Shown here: one piece after another, positions 48,501-61,669 of the stretch
Layout: the number at the start of each line of letters is the position of its first letter
Position numbering within the stretch: the stretch's first letter is position 1
From: Mobula birostris
Taxonomy: Eukaryota
Direction of reading: 5' to 3'
Length of the DNA: 64,000 bases
Assembly (NCBI RefSeq): GCF_030028105.1
Contig: NC_092386.1
Location: forward strand, 41,656,347 to 41,720,346
Program-made: the position numbers and the translations under genes
Notes under the pieces: generated by a model
The model's database searches: none
Seen by the model: only the letters and a program-made list of their open reading frames with translations
What the model was told of the DNA's origin: nothing

Positions 48501-49150
48501 AATCCACTCTTCCTAGATCCTTTCTCATTTCCTCAAAATTGGCCCTTCTCCAGTTTAGAACCTTAACTCGAGGACCAGACCTATCCTTATCCATAATTAA
48601 CTTGAAACTAATGACATTATGGTTACTGGACCCAAAATGTTTGCCTACACATACTTCTGTCACCTGACCCGTCTGGTTCCCTAATAGGAGATCAAGTATT
48701 GCATCCTCTCTCGTTGGTACCTCTATATATTGATTTAGAAAACTTTCCTGAACACATTTGACAAACTCTACGCCACCTAACCCTTTCACAGCGTGGGAGT
48801 CCCAGTCAATACGTGGAAAGTTAAAATCCCCTACTATTACAACTTTCTGTTTCTTACATCCGCCTGCTATCTCTCTACAGATTTGCTCCTCCAATTCTCT
48901 CTGACTATTGGATGGTCTATAATACAACCCTATTAATGTGGTCACACCTTTCCTGTTCCTCAGCTCCACCCATATGGCCCCTGTAGACAAGCCCTCCAGG
49001 CTGTCCTGTCTACGCACAGTTGTGATATTCTCCTTGCTAGTAATGCCACTCCTCCCCCTTTCATTCCTCCCCCTCTGTCACGTCTGAAACAACGGAACCC
49101 TGGAACATTAAGCTGCCAGTCCTGCCCCTCCTGCAACCAAGTCTCACTAA
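45548..49150 (-). mobile_element. CR1 LINE, most of ORF2 (APE plus RT), pseudogenised
   Basis: SETWL, GGGVALL, IGLYYRP, VGDFNFP, PTREDAILDL, NYRLVSLTS, SGVPQGSVLGP, KFADDTK and YCVQFWSP. Tail (ccataga)n at 45547-45570. Confidence 0.96.
45792..46621 (+). mobile_element. Composite insertion: locally templated DNA plus 5'-truncated family-B-related retroelement with (TAATC)n tail
   Basis: 45792-45866 copies 43752-43844. 45869-46122 is the reverse complement of 43771-44012. 46123-46621 is homologous to the 3' part of 42832-43452. Confidence 0.9.
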
Positions 49151-50507
49151 CAGGTTGCATCACCATCTGGTATGGAGAGGTGAGTGCACAGGATTGAAAA
49201 AAGCTATAGAAAGTTGTAAACTATGCCAGCTCCATCATGGCCACTAACCTCCCTAACATCCAGGACAGCTTCAAAAGGTGATGCCTCAAAAGAGCAGCAT
49301 CCATAATTAAAAACTCCTGTCACCCAGGACAAGCCTCTTTTCATTCCTACTATCAAGTAGGGGGTATAGAAGCCTGAAGACATACACCCAATGTTTTCAG
49401 GAACAGCTTCTTCCCCTCCACCATCAGATTTCTGAATGGACAATGAGTCCATGGACATTACATCAGATTTCTTTACTCTCTTTTCGCACTACACATTTAA
49501 TTGAATTTTCTTTATATATTAGTAATTTATAGTTTTGTAATTCTGTATTGCAATGCACTGCTACTGAAAAAGAAAAAAATTCCTGATGTATGCCAGTGAT
49601 ATTAAATCTGATTCAGAGATAAGCATGATGCAGAACACCAAATTAAGCTTCTTTAAATAGTCACACTACAATTTTTCCATCACCGGTTGGGGAAGAAAGG
49701 AGAGTGGCTTAATGTCTTATCACAAAGACAACATCCTCTGACAATTCCCCACACTTGGCACCATGTTGGAGTGATATTCTAATTCAGTGTAGTAAATATA
49801 AGCCCGAAATATCCTGCCAGAAACAAACTGCTCTCAGTCTTCACTAATTTGCATAGTAAGTTGAAATTGACCTCCTGTGGTTCCTCTAACCCTTCCTGTC
49901 CAAAACCACTGCAACCCTCAGCACAATTCCCTGTGGAATAACATGGTCTTGCATGCATAAATGTTGTCTCTTGGAAAGAGACAGAACAAGCACCAGCCCA
50001 AAAACAGCTGAAATTTTGAAAAATAGAAAGATTGTGTTGGCTTAACTTTCAAAATCTACAATATAAATCAATAAAGAAAAAGAAACAAAAGCATAACTTA
50101 TTCAGAAAGTTTTAAAACATCTAAAACATATAAAATGTAAAAAAAAGTAATCTTAATTTCCTTTAATTCTTCCTGTCCATCTAAATGAATATAATAATTT
50201 AATAACTACAATTAAATGTCAGATCTAAAATACAAGAGAATTTGTAGATGCCAAAAATCTTGAGCAATGCATACAAAACATTGGAAATAGCATCAAATAA
50301 CATTTTCTGTTTTTATATCAGATTTCAACCATCTCCAGCAGTTGATTTTCATTTTCTTACTCTCCATGTTCAAAATTCATCGGGCATAATTATGCCATTG
50401 CATGTAAAAATTGAATGTAGAGGTTAAAAATGTATAGTAAGATAAAAATTAACAGAGGGGACAATTTGTTGATTGTAGACATAAAAATATAATCAGTCTA
50501 ATCTTGG

Positions 50508-53400
50508 AACATAGAGGAGTACAGCACAGTACAGCCTCAAAGCCCACAGTATTGTTCCAACAATTATCAGGTCTGCTCTCATCCCACCTTCCCTCCAAAG
50601 AGGAAAGCCCTAGCTCATTCAACCTATCCCCATAAGACGCTCTCTAATGCAGGCAACATCCTGGTAAAAATCCTCTGTACCCTCTCTAAATCCTCCAAAT
50701 CTACCTGCCCTTTCTCAGCCTAGCTCTGTCTATCACTGTCACTTTGCAACCTATTGCAACCTTCAACACTGTCCACTACACCACCAACCTTTATGTCATC
50801 TGCAAACTTACTAACCCATTCTTCCACTTCCTCATCAAAGCATTTATAAAAAGAACAGGGGTCCCTAGAGAACACCACTGGTCACGGACCTCCAGGCAGA
50901 ATACTGCCCTCTGCCTTCTGTGATTCTGAACCTACACACAGTAGATAAATTCCCCTAGATCCCATGCCTCCTGACTTTCTGAATAGTCCTACCATGGGAG
51001 ACCTTATCAAACACATAACTAAAATCCATATGCAGTACTGTGCAAACGCCTTACTGAATCCATATACAGTACTGTGCAAAAATCTTATATATAGCTAGGG
51101 TGCCTAAGACTTTGTGGAGTGGAGAGCGAGTCTGTATGATTCCTTTCATAGGTACCCCTTCTATGTACAGTTTACGTACCTGAGTTTTGCACAGTACTGT
51201 AGTGATTTTATGTACTGCACTGTACTGCCACAAAAAAACTAATTTCGTCACATGTGTGAATGATGACAAACCTGATCCTGATATGGGTCTCTATTGTGGA
51301 CTGTAAATGGGAAGTGGTCTGGGAGAGGAGAGGGAGCCTGAAGCATCAAAGGGATATTCTGTAATGATCAATAAACCAGTCGTTTGGAATCAAATGACCT
51401 TGCCTCATATCTCAGGGCTGGATGTGTCTGCACCTGCGCCACCCCCACCCCGGTACTCTTTCTCTGCCACCTGTCCCTCATCCATCCCACAGCACTCCAC
51501 TCTAACTATTCCCAACATATTTTGCTCCCACCAGGTTTATAAACTCACTCTCTGCTCCACTTTGACAAATGCAGTTCATAGAAAGGTTGTAGGCACACTA
51601 CAACCTTTTCATGACTTATGCCTGCGATATCAAACCTGATTCTGATTCTGAGTTATGTATATATGTGCCTATGGACTTTTGCACAGTACTGTACACCACA
51701 TCCACTGCTCTACCTTCATCAATTTGTTTTGTCATCTCCTCAATTCCATCAGGCTGGTGAGGCCATGCTGACTATCCCTAATCAATCTAGTTTGTAAATC
51801 CTGTACCTAAGAATCCTCTCCAATGGTTTGCCCACCAGTGATGCAGGACTTACCAGTCTATAATTCCCAGTGTTATCCCTACTACCATTACACCCTCCAA
51901 TCTTCTGGTACAACTCATGCGCCAGTAAGGACACAAAGGACCATCACCATAGGCTCAGCAATCTCTTTGCTTTCTTCCCGTTGTAACTTGGAATATATCC
52001 CGTCTGGCAGCAGAAACTTATCTATTCTAATGTTTTCAAAAGTTCCCGCACATCCTCTTTCTTAACGTCCACAAGTTCCACTATACTAGCTCATTTTATC
52101 CTGTCCTTGCTTTCATCAAGGTCCCTCTCACTAGTGAGTACTGAAGTAAAGTATTCAGTATGGACCTCCCTACCCCCTCCAGCTGGAAACACGTTTCCTA
52201 GTTCATCCCAGATTGTTTCTGCCCTCACTCTGGTCATCCTGTTCTTCACACATGTATAGAATGCTTTCAGGTTTTCTTTAATCTTGCTCATCAAGAGCTT
52301 CACATGTCCACTTCTGTTTCCCTTAGAACTAATCATAAGCTCTTTCCTGGTTTCTTTACAACTCCCTAGAGCTCTGCCTGATACTTGCTTTCTAAACCTT
52401 TAATAAGCTTCTTTCTCCCACTGGACTAGATGTTCCATATCTTTTATCAACCATGGTCCTTTTACCCTACCATCCTTTCACTGCCTCAGTGAGACAAACC
52501 TATCCAAAACTCCATGCAAGTGCTCCCTAAATAATTTCCACATTTTCATTGTACATTTCCTTCAGTACATCTGTTCCTAATTTACGCTTCCAAGTTCCTG
52601 CCTCATAGCATCACAATTGATCCTCCACCAATTAAATACCTTCCCATACCCGTCTGCTCCTAACCCTCTTAAGGGAATTGTGGTCACTGTCTCCAAAGTG
52701 CTCAGACACCAAGAGGTCTGTCACCTGGGTAGGTTCATTGTCTATAGTATGGCCACTCCTCTAGTCAGCCTATCTACATGTTGTATCAGGAGTTCTTCCT
52801 GGATACACGTAACAAATCTGCCCTGCCTAAACTTTTTGGACTAAGGAGCTGCCAATCAATATTAAGGGTGTGGAAATCCCCCATGAAAACAACCCTGCTA
52901 TCTTTGCTCTTTTCCAAAAATCTACCTCCCAATGTACTCCTCTATGTAACTCGTGGGGTGTTTTATTGAATACTCCCAATATAGTGATTGCTCCCTTCCT
53001 GTTTCTGACTTCCTCTCGCACTGACTCAGTAGACTATCCCTCCATGACGTCCTTCCTTTCTGCAGCTGTGATACTATCCCATTTTTGTAATGCCACTTCC
53101 CCCACTTTATTTAACTCCTTCCCTGTCCCTTTTGAAACATCTAAACCCTGGAACATCCAACAGCTTTTCCTGCCCTTGTGACAGCCAAGTCGTTTTGATG
53201 GCCACAATATCGTAGTTCCATATACTGATCCATGCTCTGATTTCATCACCCTTGTCCCTAATTCTTTTCACATTAAAGTAAACACCTTTCAACCCAGCTA
53301 ACTGACTACAATTATACCCTATCCACTGCCTGTCTTTCCTCACAGACCCACTACAGGCTGCATCGACCTTTACACCAACTGCTCCATCCTCTGACCTTGC
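50508..53400 (-). mobile_element. CR1 LINE, older, internally deleted, including the ORF2 start
   Basis: LKGVYFNVKRIRDKGDEIRAWISIWNYDIVAI at the ORF2 start, KFADD at about 50795-50810 and tail aacatagaggagtacagcacagt. Confidence 0.9.
51067..51691. mobile_element. Tc1/mariner-type MITE with internal TIR copies
   Basis: TIR cagtactgtgcaaaa / ttttgcacagtactg. TA duplicated within the CR1 sequence tccata-TA-caccacatcc. Confidence 0.85.
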
Positions 53401-56400
53401 CAAATACAAATATAATCTTCTAGAAATGCAAATCTTACTATGAGTTCAAGTAAAAAGGTCAACATAACAATTAATTATTCTCTAACAATGAGCAGTATTC
53501 TCATTAAACTAAACTAGTGCAAAATCAATAGGATTGGGATTGGCAGAGAGCCTACAGGAACAATATGCCAACTCACTCTCTGTAAATGCACAGTAAAAAA
53601 TCTCCACTGCACACTATTTCCTGTCACTTAAAACAATGGTGACTAAATTAAATGAGGTGTGTCCTGTTTTTTATAATATTTACATAGAATATTTCCTGCC
53701 ACTAGAGCTATCTTGGAAAAGTTTTCCACATGAAGACTGAATTGTAGCATTTACCCATAATTGTTTTGCATGAAAAATGAGGTGGGAGCAGTTCAGACGC
53801 CAAAGTAACTGAAGACACAACATTCTACTTCAGGAAAAACAGCCAAGAAACGCTTGCAACAATTAAATGAAGGGCTAAGTGAAGAGTATAATGACTATGA
53901 GGTTTTACGTCCTCTTGCACAGATGTCCTAACAGTCTGAAATTAATTCAAATCTAGATGCCAGAGGAGAAAGGACATATCTCCCTGCATCTCATAATCCT
54001 CCAGCAATATTCTGTCTCAATGTTCCAATTGGCTGCAATCCTTGCTATGTGTTTGGTGAGGCAAAACAGCATTGCACATTGGCACATGCCAGGAACATTC
54101 AGCTGGCAAACAGTTAAACTAATCCCTACTGATTCACAATACTTTCTATTACCATTTGTAATATTCGGCAGATTTTATACCTCCAGTAACCTCACAAAAG
54201 ACTTCTTTTTTCTTGCCTCGATAAAGCTTCACATTTGTGTTCTTGCCATATACTTTAAGATTCGTACTTGAAAAAGCACTTGAATTCTGTGGCACAGTGT
54301 GTCAGTGCTAGCTTATCTGGCACAAAAGCTGCTTCAACATCTGTACATCTAAACAATATGAAATTACAGAGGGAAATAAATCAATAGCTGGTAATGTGTT
54401 TTCCATGAGGAGATGCAGCATTCTGTCCTCTGAGCTGTTAGCAGGTGTGTTGGGTGCATACAGATGAGCTGATAAAAGGCTGATGCGATAGATGGGTAGA
54501 AAACACATGCTTTGCTCGCAATGACTTTTTAAGTCGCAATACATCAAACAGACAGTATCGGCCTTTGAGGATAAATCTGTGAAGGCTTGTTGTGCCTCTC
54601 TCAACTGCTTCTGAGGCCAAGAGACTAAAAAAGTGCCTGAATGTCATATTAATTCTACTTGGGAGGATGGAGCGCTTCAAAGAGAGTGCAATCATATCTG
54701 ACGGGAAATACATTTACTGAAAGAACCTGGGTGAAGGAGACAATGCGTAATTACCATAAAGCTGAAACAGACGGGTGTTTCTCCTCGGCTATATTTTATC
54801 TTTATTGGATTAACAGCGTCAATGGATGTTATGTCAAAGGGAATCTGCATGAATATTGAACATAATGCAGCCTAAAGAATAAATAATGTACATCAGGCTC
54901 CTAACATGAAGCAGCCCTTTCACATAAGTAATTAAGTTGGTGCTTGTCTCAGTGCAAGTCTTGTCCTTTAGCCATCAAATGACCTCATTTGTTCTGCTGT
55001 CACTGTGTAGCAGAGAATGGCCGTCAGGTTTTATTCATTTTCATCTCCAATGCCTGTCAGTTTCTGGTGTGCTTTTCACATTTACAAATCACTGACTAGC
55101 ACCAAAGTATAAATGTAATCACATTGAATCAGCAAATATTTAGGGAGATGATCAGCTGAATATCTGCCTTCCGTCAAGAGCTTCACTATATTGCAAGGGT
55201 ATTGACTTAGTCTCCTCTTTAACATTCGCGGAACATCTTACTGAACATATATTCTAAAGAGAGCTGTTTAGGATTTGTTGTTAAATTCAATCCAAAGTTA
55301 TACCATTGCATACGAAGAAATGTTTCATGCAAATGGTGTTTTGGTGAAAATCAGTGTATCTTTGTATTCAACAATTTTATATCAGCAATTAGGAAAAGCT
55401 GTTCCAAATTCAGGATCTGAGTTCAGTCCTGGACTAGTTTGGATTGACTGAGAATATTGGGAGGGAATTCCCCAGTATTTATAATTTGAACTATAGGAAA
55501 TTAAAATATTGCAGGGATTAAGCAGGAAATTGGAGTTCGGGCCAAGTTCAGAACATCTAAGATCTTGCTGAGTGATGAAGCAAGTCATTCAGCCTCCTCC
55601 TTTCCCCCTAAACTGCTCTAGGAGTTTTACCCTCTCCCAAGACAGCATTTAGTTACACTGGCAGGTTGATTCTATACCATCCGATGCATACAATGTCACA
55701 AGATTCTCCATGAAGATTACCTGTAATCCTTCATGAATATCAGGGAATTTTATTTTCACCTTAGGTTTGGAGAATTTAAAATAACAAGAGGAGGCTAAGT
55801 GCATACAAGTTAATCAAAATGCTCAGTTTTTAAGAGAATCAGAAATTTCCTTGATAGCAACGATAACTAAGCTAAGTTTAAGCATTGTGATTAATATTAT
55901 AACACTTTATTAAGCTTTAAAATTAATTCTAAAAATTTGCTTGAAACTGACATTTTTTGCCAAGATTGTTAGATGCTATACTCCGTTATGAATTTCTAGT
56001 GACCTGAAAAATTCAATGACTGTTTTCCCCTGTGCAAGGATCAAAGGATAAATTTAATGGCTTAACTTTTCTTAACACATGTGGTGGACTTTGAAGTATA
56101 GAACATACTGGCACAGAAAGAAACATGCTCAAAATTTTGAAGCAGCACATAACAGGAAATGTCAGAAATAAATATTTCACATTGTCAAAGCATATCTCTT
56201 AAGGTCAACGTTTACAATGCAGTGCTAAATGAAGAAGATCAAATAATTCTTTTGCTAGGTTATGAAGTCAACACTAGTTTAAAGGAATTGAAAACAAAGG
56301 AAATTATGAAATATTTTGTAAGTCACTTTTTTAATCACTTTTGAAATTATAGCTAAGATATTAAGCATCCTACCAGATAAACAGAAATAATTATAATTAA

Positions 56401-57346
56401 GCAAGAGATGGAGGCATGCTCCTCAAGATAATTGCTTCCAATATTCCAGTAACTCCAATAAGTACTGTATAAGTTCTGCCTACTGATCGTATGTGAGTGA
56501 ATACTGAAACAGTTATCCCCAATGTTGTTTCTAACATTGAGTGACAGAAAGAGATTGAAAGTGACAGAAGGTGGAAAGTAAAATAGAGCATGTACAGAAA
56601 ACAAATTGTGTATCTGTAAATTCTGTAACGTTAAATGTAGAATTGCCACGGCATATCATTTCAGAACAGAATGTTCACTCCAGCTGTCCCATTAGTAACA
56701 ATCCCTATATATTTTACAAAAGATATGAATGCTATACGCTATCATTGCAGTCAGAGAATCACTGAAAAGGAAATGGTAGCTACTTTACAGATGATCCATA
56801 ATTTGTGTTGTCATTGGGTTTAATGTAATTGAGACAAAATCACTCCAGTGTCAACCAACAATAGATCAGTTAATCAAAAAGAATTTATGTAAAACCATTT
56901 GTCTGAGCATGGTATTTATAAAATTAATCTATTCTAAACAGCAATTCTTCACAAAAACCTGGATGTTGCAATCAGCAACAAAACATGACACGTGTTGGCC
57001 TGAAAGAAAGCTGTCCACCAAGTTGTGTTAAATGGGCTTCCACCTTATTGTTGCTATCATCAATTCAAGGGGACTTCCTGACATTCAACAACTGTAATGC
57101 TTTGGCCAGCTAAGACCATCATATTAAAGGATTCTCACAGGCAACAAATAAGAAAGCAAAATGTATTATCTGTAGCTAATACTTCAAATATTTTATGTAT
57201 TACAAAATCACAATTGGATCGTCCATGTATGATTAATTTATAAGCTAAAATATCCAACTGTATTTACATAAAATCAGCGTCAGGTTAATATCACTGGCAT
57301 ATATCATGAAATATGTTGTTTAATAAATTATAAATTACAATGAGAA

Positions 57347-57440
57347 ATACACACACACACAAATAATATTCATATATATATACATACACACACATACACA
57401 CATACATATATACATACATATAATTATATAATTATAATAA
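57347..57440. repeat. Compound (CA)n/(TA)n/(TACA)n microsatellite
   Basis: Directly visible in the sequence. Confidence 0.9.
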
Positions 57441-57968
57441 CTACAAAAATAGAGCAAAAAACAGTGAGGTAATGTACATGGGTTCATTGTCCATTTCAAA
57501 ATCTGATGTCGGTGGAGAAGAAGCTGTCCCTAAAATATTAAATGTGTGTCTTCAGGCTCCTTTACTTCCTCCTTGATGGCAACAATGAGAAGAGATCAAT
57601 TCCTGAGTGATGGGGGTCGTTAATGACGAGAGCCACCTTTCTGAGGAATCGCTTTTTGGAGATATTTTTGATGCTGGGGAGGCTAGTGACCACGATGGAG
57701 GTGGGTGAGTGTGCAACTTTCTGCAGCATGTTTCTGATCCTTTGAAGTAGCTCCTCCACACTAGGTGATGACACATCCCGTTGGAATGCACTCCGTGGTA
57801 TTTCTGTAGAAACCTGCAAATCTTTGGTGACATACCAATTCTCCTCAAACTCCTAATGACATACAGCCACTGTTGGGCCCACTTTGTAATTACATCAATA
57901 TGTTGGGCCCAGGATAGAGCTTCAGAGATGTTGATGCCCAGGAACATGAAACTGCTCACCCTTTCCAT

Positions 57969-58222
57969 TGATAGATATACTTTATTAATCCTGAGGGAAA
58001 TTTGGTTTTGTTACAGCCGCACCAACAAAGAATAGAGCGTAATATAGCAATACAAAAAACCCCAACAATCAAACACCAAAATGCAAACTATGCCAGATGG
58101 AAAATAAGTCCAGGACCAGTCTATTGGCTCAGGGTGTCTGACCCTCCACGGGAGGAGCTGCACATTCGATGTCCACAGGCAGGAATGACCTCCCGTGCCG
58201 CCAAGTGTTGTATCACGGTGGA
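57969..58222 (-). mobile_element. Second Rex1-type 3' end nested in Rex1
   Basis: Minus strand gives RHGRSFLPV. Flanked by attg on both sides, with a (tatc)-like tail. Confidence 0.7.
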
Positions 58223-58637
58223 ATTGCTGATCCTTTGATGAGGACTGGTGTGTGTTTCCTTTCTGAACTCCACAATCACTCCCTAGGTCTTTCTGATATT
58301 GAGTGCAAGGTTGTTGCTGTGGCAGCACTCAACCAGCTGATCTATCTCGCTCCTGTACAGCTCCTCGTCACCACCTGAAATCCTGCCAACAGCAGTTGCG
58401 TCATCAGCAAATTTATAGATGCCCTTTGAGCTGTGCTTACCCACACAGTTGTGGGAGTCAAGAGAGTAGAGCATGGGTTAAGCACACATCCTTGAGTTGC
58501 ACCAGTGTTGATTGTCAGTGAGGAGGAGATGTTTTTTCCTGATCTGTACTGACTGTGGTCTACTGATGAGGAAGTCAAGGGTCCAGTTACAGAGAAAGGT
58601 TTTGGAGCTTAATGATTAGTATTGAGGGTAGGATGGT

Positions 58638-59208
58638 TGTTATAGCCAGAAGTGGCAGTGCGGATAAGCTCCCACTACATATTAAATACTCCCAATGGTG
58701 TGAGTCTCAAATAGCCTCTGACAACCAAGAACAGCTCCTGGCCTTCATGTATGGCTTAGCTACTGAGCCTGGCAGAGTCATTCCTACTGACAGGTGAAGG
58801 GGCAAAGGTGGGTTACTGGTGTCTTAAAACCAGTTGCTTCGGGCATATGGGGCTCGTCAGTCATGGTTGACAGTTCATCGAGGAGAAGGAAAACTCTGAT
58901 CTCAAACCTCTGCTGCCTTGCAGCTAACCTGCTCATAGAGAAGTCTTTGGGAGTAACCCGTGAGGAAAATTCCAGAGCTGGAGTCCTAAGGCAGTGTTAC
59001 ATTGAGTTCAACGCTGACTGATAACACCTGCAACGCCAAACTCTCTCAGTCTCTGCCATTCCTTTGGATTAATCAGTTGCGTGGAGAGGGGGAGCCTGCA
59101 GCATGGGCCACAGCTCACTCTCCATATCGTACTGCCCTGGCTTGCATAGCATGTAGACAGCTGGGACGCAGCACCTATGGCCGACCTCGGCCAATGGAGG
59201 GTCTCATG
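58638..59208 (+). mobile_element. RTE-derived bipartite non-autonomous element
   Basis: RTE 5'-UTR-like aggagaaggaaaactctgatctcaaacc and 3' end gacctcggccaatggagggtctca. Shares a module with SINE 31962-32203. No ORF. Confidence 0.6.
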
Positions 59209-60004
59209 GCAAGCATAATTGGCCTTAGTTGTGATGTGCACCACTGTCACTCGTCTAACAATGCAGAATGTTAGTAAGAATAAGTGTGAGGTAACCCAAG
59301 AATGGTTGTCAGGGTTGCACGAGGGAATCAATGTCCACCAGTGGAGAAAAGCAGGAAATAAATAAACTGTAAATAAATGGGCAAAGGAAGATTACTTTTA
59401 CGGTAAGTGCTGCCTGCACTTTAAAACCGATCACAGTCATTTAAAATCAGTGGTGCTTGAAACTCCTGCTTTATACTAAAGACTCTCTCATCACATGCCT
59501 GGCTGAGCGGTGACGCTGTCCAAGTTCACTGCACTAAACTGACATTCCAATTTCAAAAACTGGGGTCAAAGTTCATTCATGCCTCTCACTGCCAAAACTT
59601 AATAGAAGAATGGCTACAAGCTTTAATTTCATAGCTACATACATCCCAAGAACTGAAATATCACAAACAGGTTTGAGAGTTGAACACAGACTAATATGAA
59701 AAATACACCAAATCTCCAATTCTGCTGATCTGGATTCTGGCGGAATATAATTGAATCAGCCAAGCTGTCTCCTTACTATGTAAAGATCCTGCTGTACTGG
59801 CTGCCAAGCTGAAGCCTGTAACTGTTCAAAGCAACATATGGGAGAAACAATCGTGTCTTTGCAAATCTTAATGAAAAAGTTAGTGACGTAAGTTAGTTCA
59901 TGCCCATATTTTCACAAAAGTTCATGCAGCTTGGAATTTCATTCCAATATAATGGGCCAAATTAAGTAGGCTGATAGCTGGCAGACCCAATGCGATTGAA
60001 AAAT

Positions 60005-60140
60005 TGGGCAAGCTGGAAATACGCAGTGGGTCAACCAGCATCTACGGTAAAAGAAACAGAGTCAATTACTGCAGCACAATGAACTTTCTTCAGAACTGGG
60101 AATACTGAGAAATCAAGCACCTCTCAGTGTAGAGAAGGGG
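60005..60140 (-). mobile_element. Old Penelope-related 3' fragment
   Basis: gctggaaatacgcagtgggtcaaccagcatct...ttcttcagaactggg. Confidence 0.6.
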
Positions 60141-60164
60141 CAGGAGAGGAGATTATGCCACTCC

Positions 60165-60960
60165 TCCCTCTTCTGTTGCAGGAAAGCAGCATCCATCATC
60201 AACGATCCCTGCCATCCAAGACATTCTCTCTTCTCATTGCTGCCACCAGGAAAAAGGTACAAGAGCCTCAGGACCCACGTCATCAGGTTCAGTAACAGTT
60301 ATAACCCCTCAGCCATCAGGGTCTTGAGCCAGAGGGCATAACTTCACTCAACTTCACTTGCCCCATCACTGAAATGTTCCCACAACCAATGAGCTCACTT
60401 TCAGGGACACTTCAGCTCATGTTCTCAATATTTATTGCTGTTGTTATTATTATTGTTATATTTTTATTTCGCTCTCAACTCAAGCTGGAACATCTGGAGT
60501 ACGGCCATAGCTAAGCACACTCATTTCTCAACTGCTATGAGCTTTCAGACTATTTTGCTGGTGTTTTGTATTGTGGCTTCCTGAAGATTTATATAGATAT
60601 CACTGTGTGGGCTTAATTGTTGAATGCTATTGTGCTGTGACTGTGGGGTGATACCAGTTGTAGATATTACTATTGGGATAATGTATATCCTGTTCATGTT
60701 CCATAGTCTTTCAACTTCCTTGTTTAATTCAGCATTATTATAATTATTTTTATTATTATTTCAGTTTTCCTTCTTTTTGTATTTGCACAGTTAGTTGCCT
60801 TTTACACATTGATTGTTTGTCCATCTTGTGTGCAGTCTTTCATTGATTCTATTGTGTTACTTGTACTTACTGTGATTGTTTCAAGAAAATGAATGTTAAG
60901 GTTGTTTCTGGTGACATCTGTGTACTTTGACAATAAATTTACTTTGAACATTGAATTTTG
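60165..60960 (+). mobile_element. Rex1/Babar-type 3' fragment hosting a Dong 3' end
   Basis: RKAASIINDPCHP and LLPPGKRYKSLR. Tail aataaatttactttgaac. Confidence 0.85.
60462..60735 (-). mobile_element. R4/Dong 3' end fragment, second copy
   Basis: Homologous to 4032-4300 (ctaagcacactcattt, tattgtggctt.ctgaagattta, gttgtagatattactattggg). Flanked by (tta)n on both sides. Confidence 0.88.
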
Positions 60961-61669
60961 ATAACAGTGAGAATGACTCCAATAGGTCAAGACCATGAAA
61001 ACCTCGACACAAATTAATGCTTGCAGAGAAAGAGTGGTAAAATAAAATCACAATCAGAAAAGTAGTCCATTAACCACATTTTGATTATTAAAATGATGGA
61101 AAATTCATAACTTTTACAAGGTCTTAGAAAATTAATATTCAGTCACATACTTTATTGAAATAATGAAGGCAGCCTATAATATAGACCTCAAAATATTTAA
61201 ACACAAAACCATTCTTTTGAAATCTAGCACCAAGGAATAACCAATTGTTAGTTGATTGGATAATTCATGAATTGTATTTTTCTAAACTGCCTGGTCTTCA
61301 GGGCATTCTCTCAGTAGGAGTAATTGCTTCTCTCTGTAATATTTTTCTCAAATTTCACTCGTCAAAATTAATGTGTTGGCACTTCCAAGATGTCGATGAG
61401 GCTCATCAACCAAACCCGAATATAGTTATGCTATGTTAAATGTTCTCTGAACTGACAACAGCTCTTGATCCAATAAGAACCATATGTGTATGCTTAGAAC
61501 TGGCACAGAAACAAGCTCTGAAAAGTCAATCCTGGTGCTTTACTTTTAAAGTGTGGATGGGGTATCCAAAAAATACTTCACTGTTTATCTCCACTGTTTC
61601 AGTTCCAAATCTTCTATTTCAGTATGGACTTCAGGGATTCTTAAGTATTAGTGATTAATGAGAGCTGTT

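Larger units (their letters stand above)
45300..49615 (+). mobile_element. Rex1/Babar-type LINE fragment split by CR1 into 45300-45547 and 49147-49615
   Basis: Rejoins as gaacattctaac|aggttgcatcaccatctggtatgg (ILTGCITIWYG). ctaac is repeated at 45543-45547 and 49147-49151. Confidence 0.85.
57272..58635 (-). mobile_element. Rex1/Babar-type LINE fragment
   Basis: TGATQGCVLNP, KFADDATAVG, NNLALNIRKT, ERVSSFMFLGINIS, DPHH and LPSRRK. CA/TA microsatellite in the 3' UTR. Confidence 0.9.

Noticed and set aside
58720-58870. Possible HDV-like ribozyme in the RTE-derived 5' region
   Set aside because: RTE elements often carry one, but I could not build the nested double pseudoknot from this copy; it needs a descriptor search on the family consensus.
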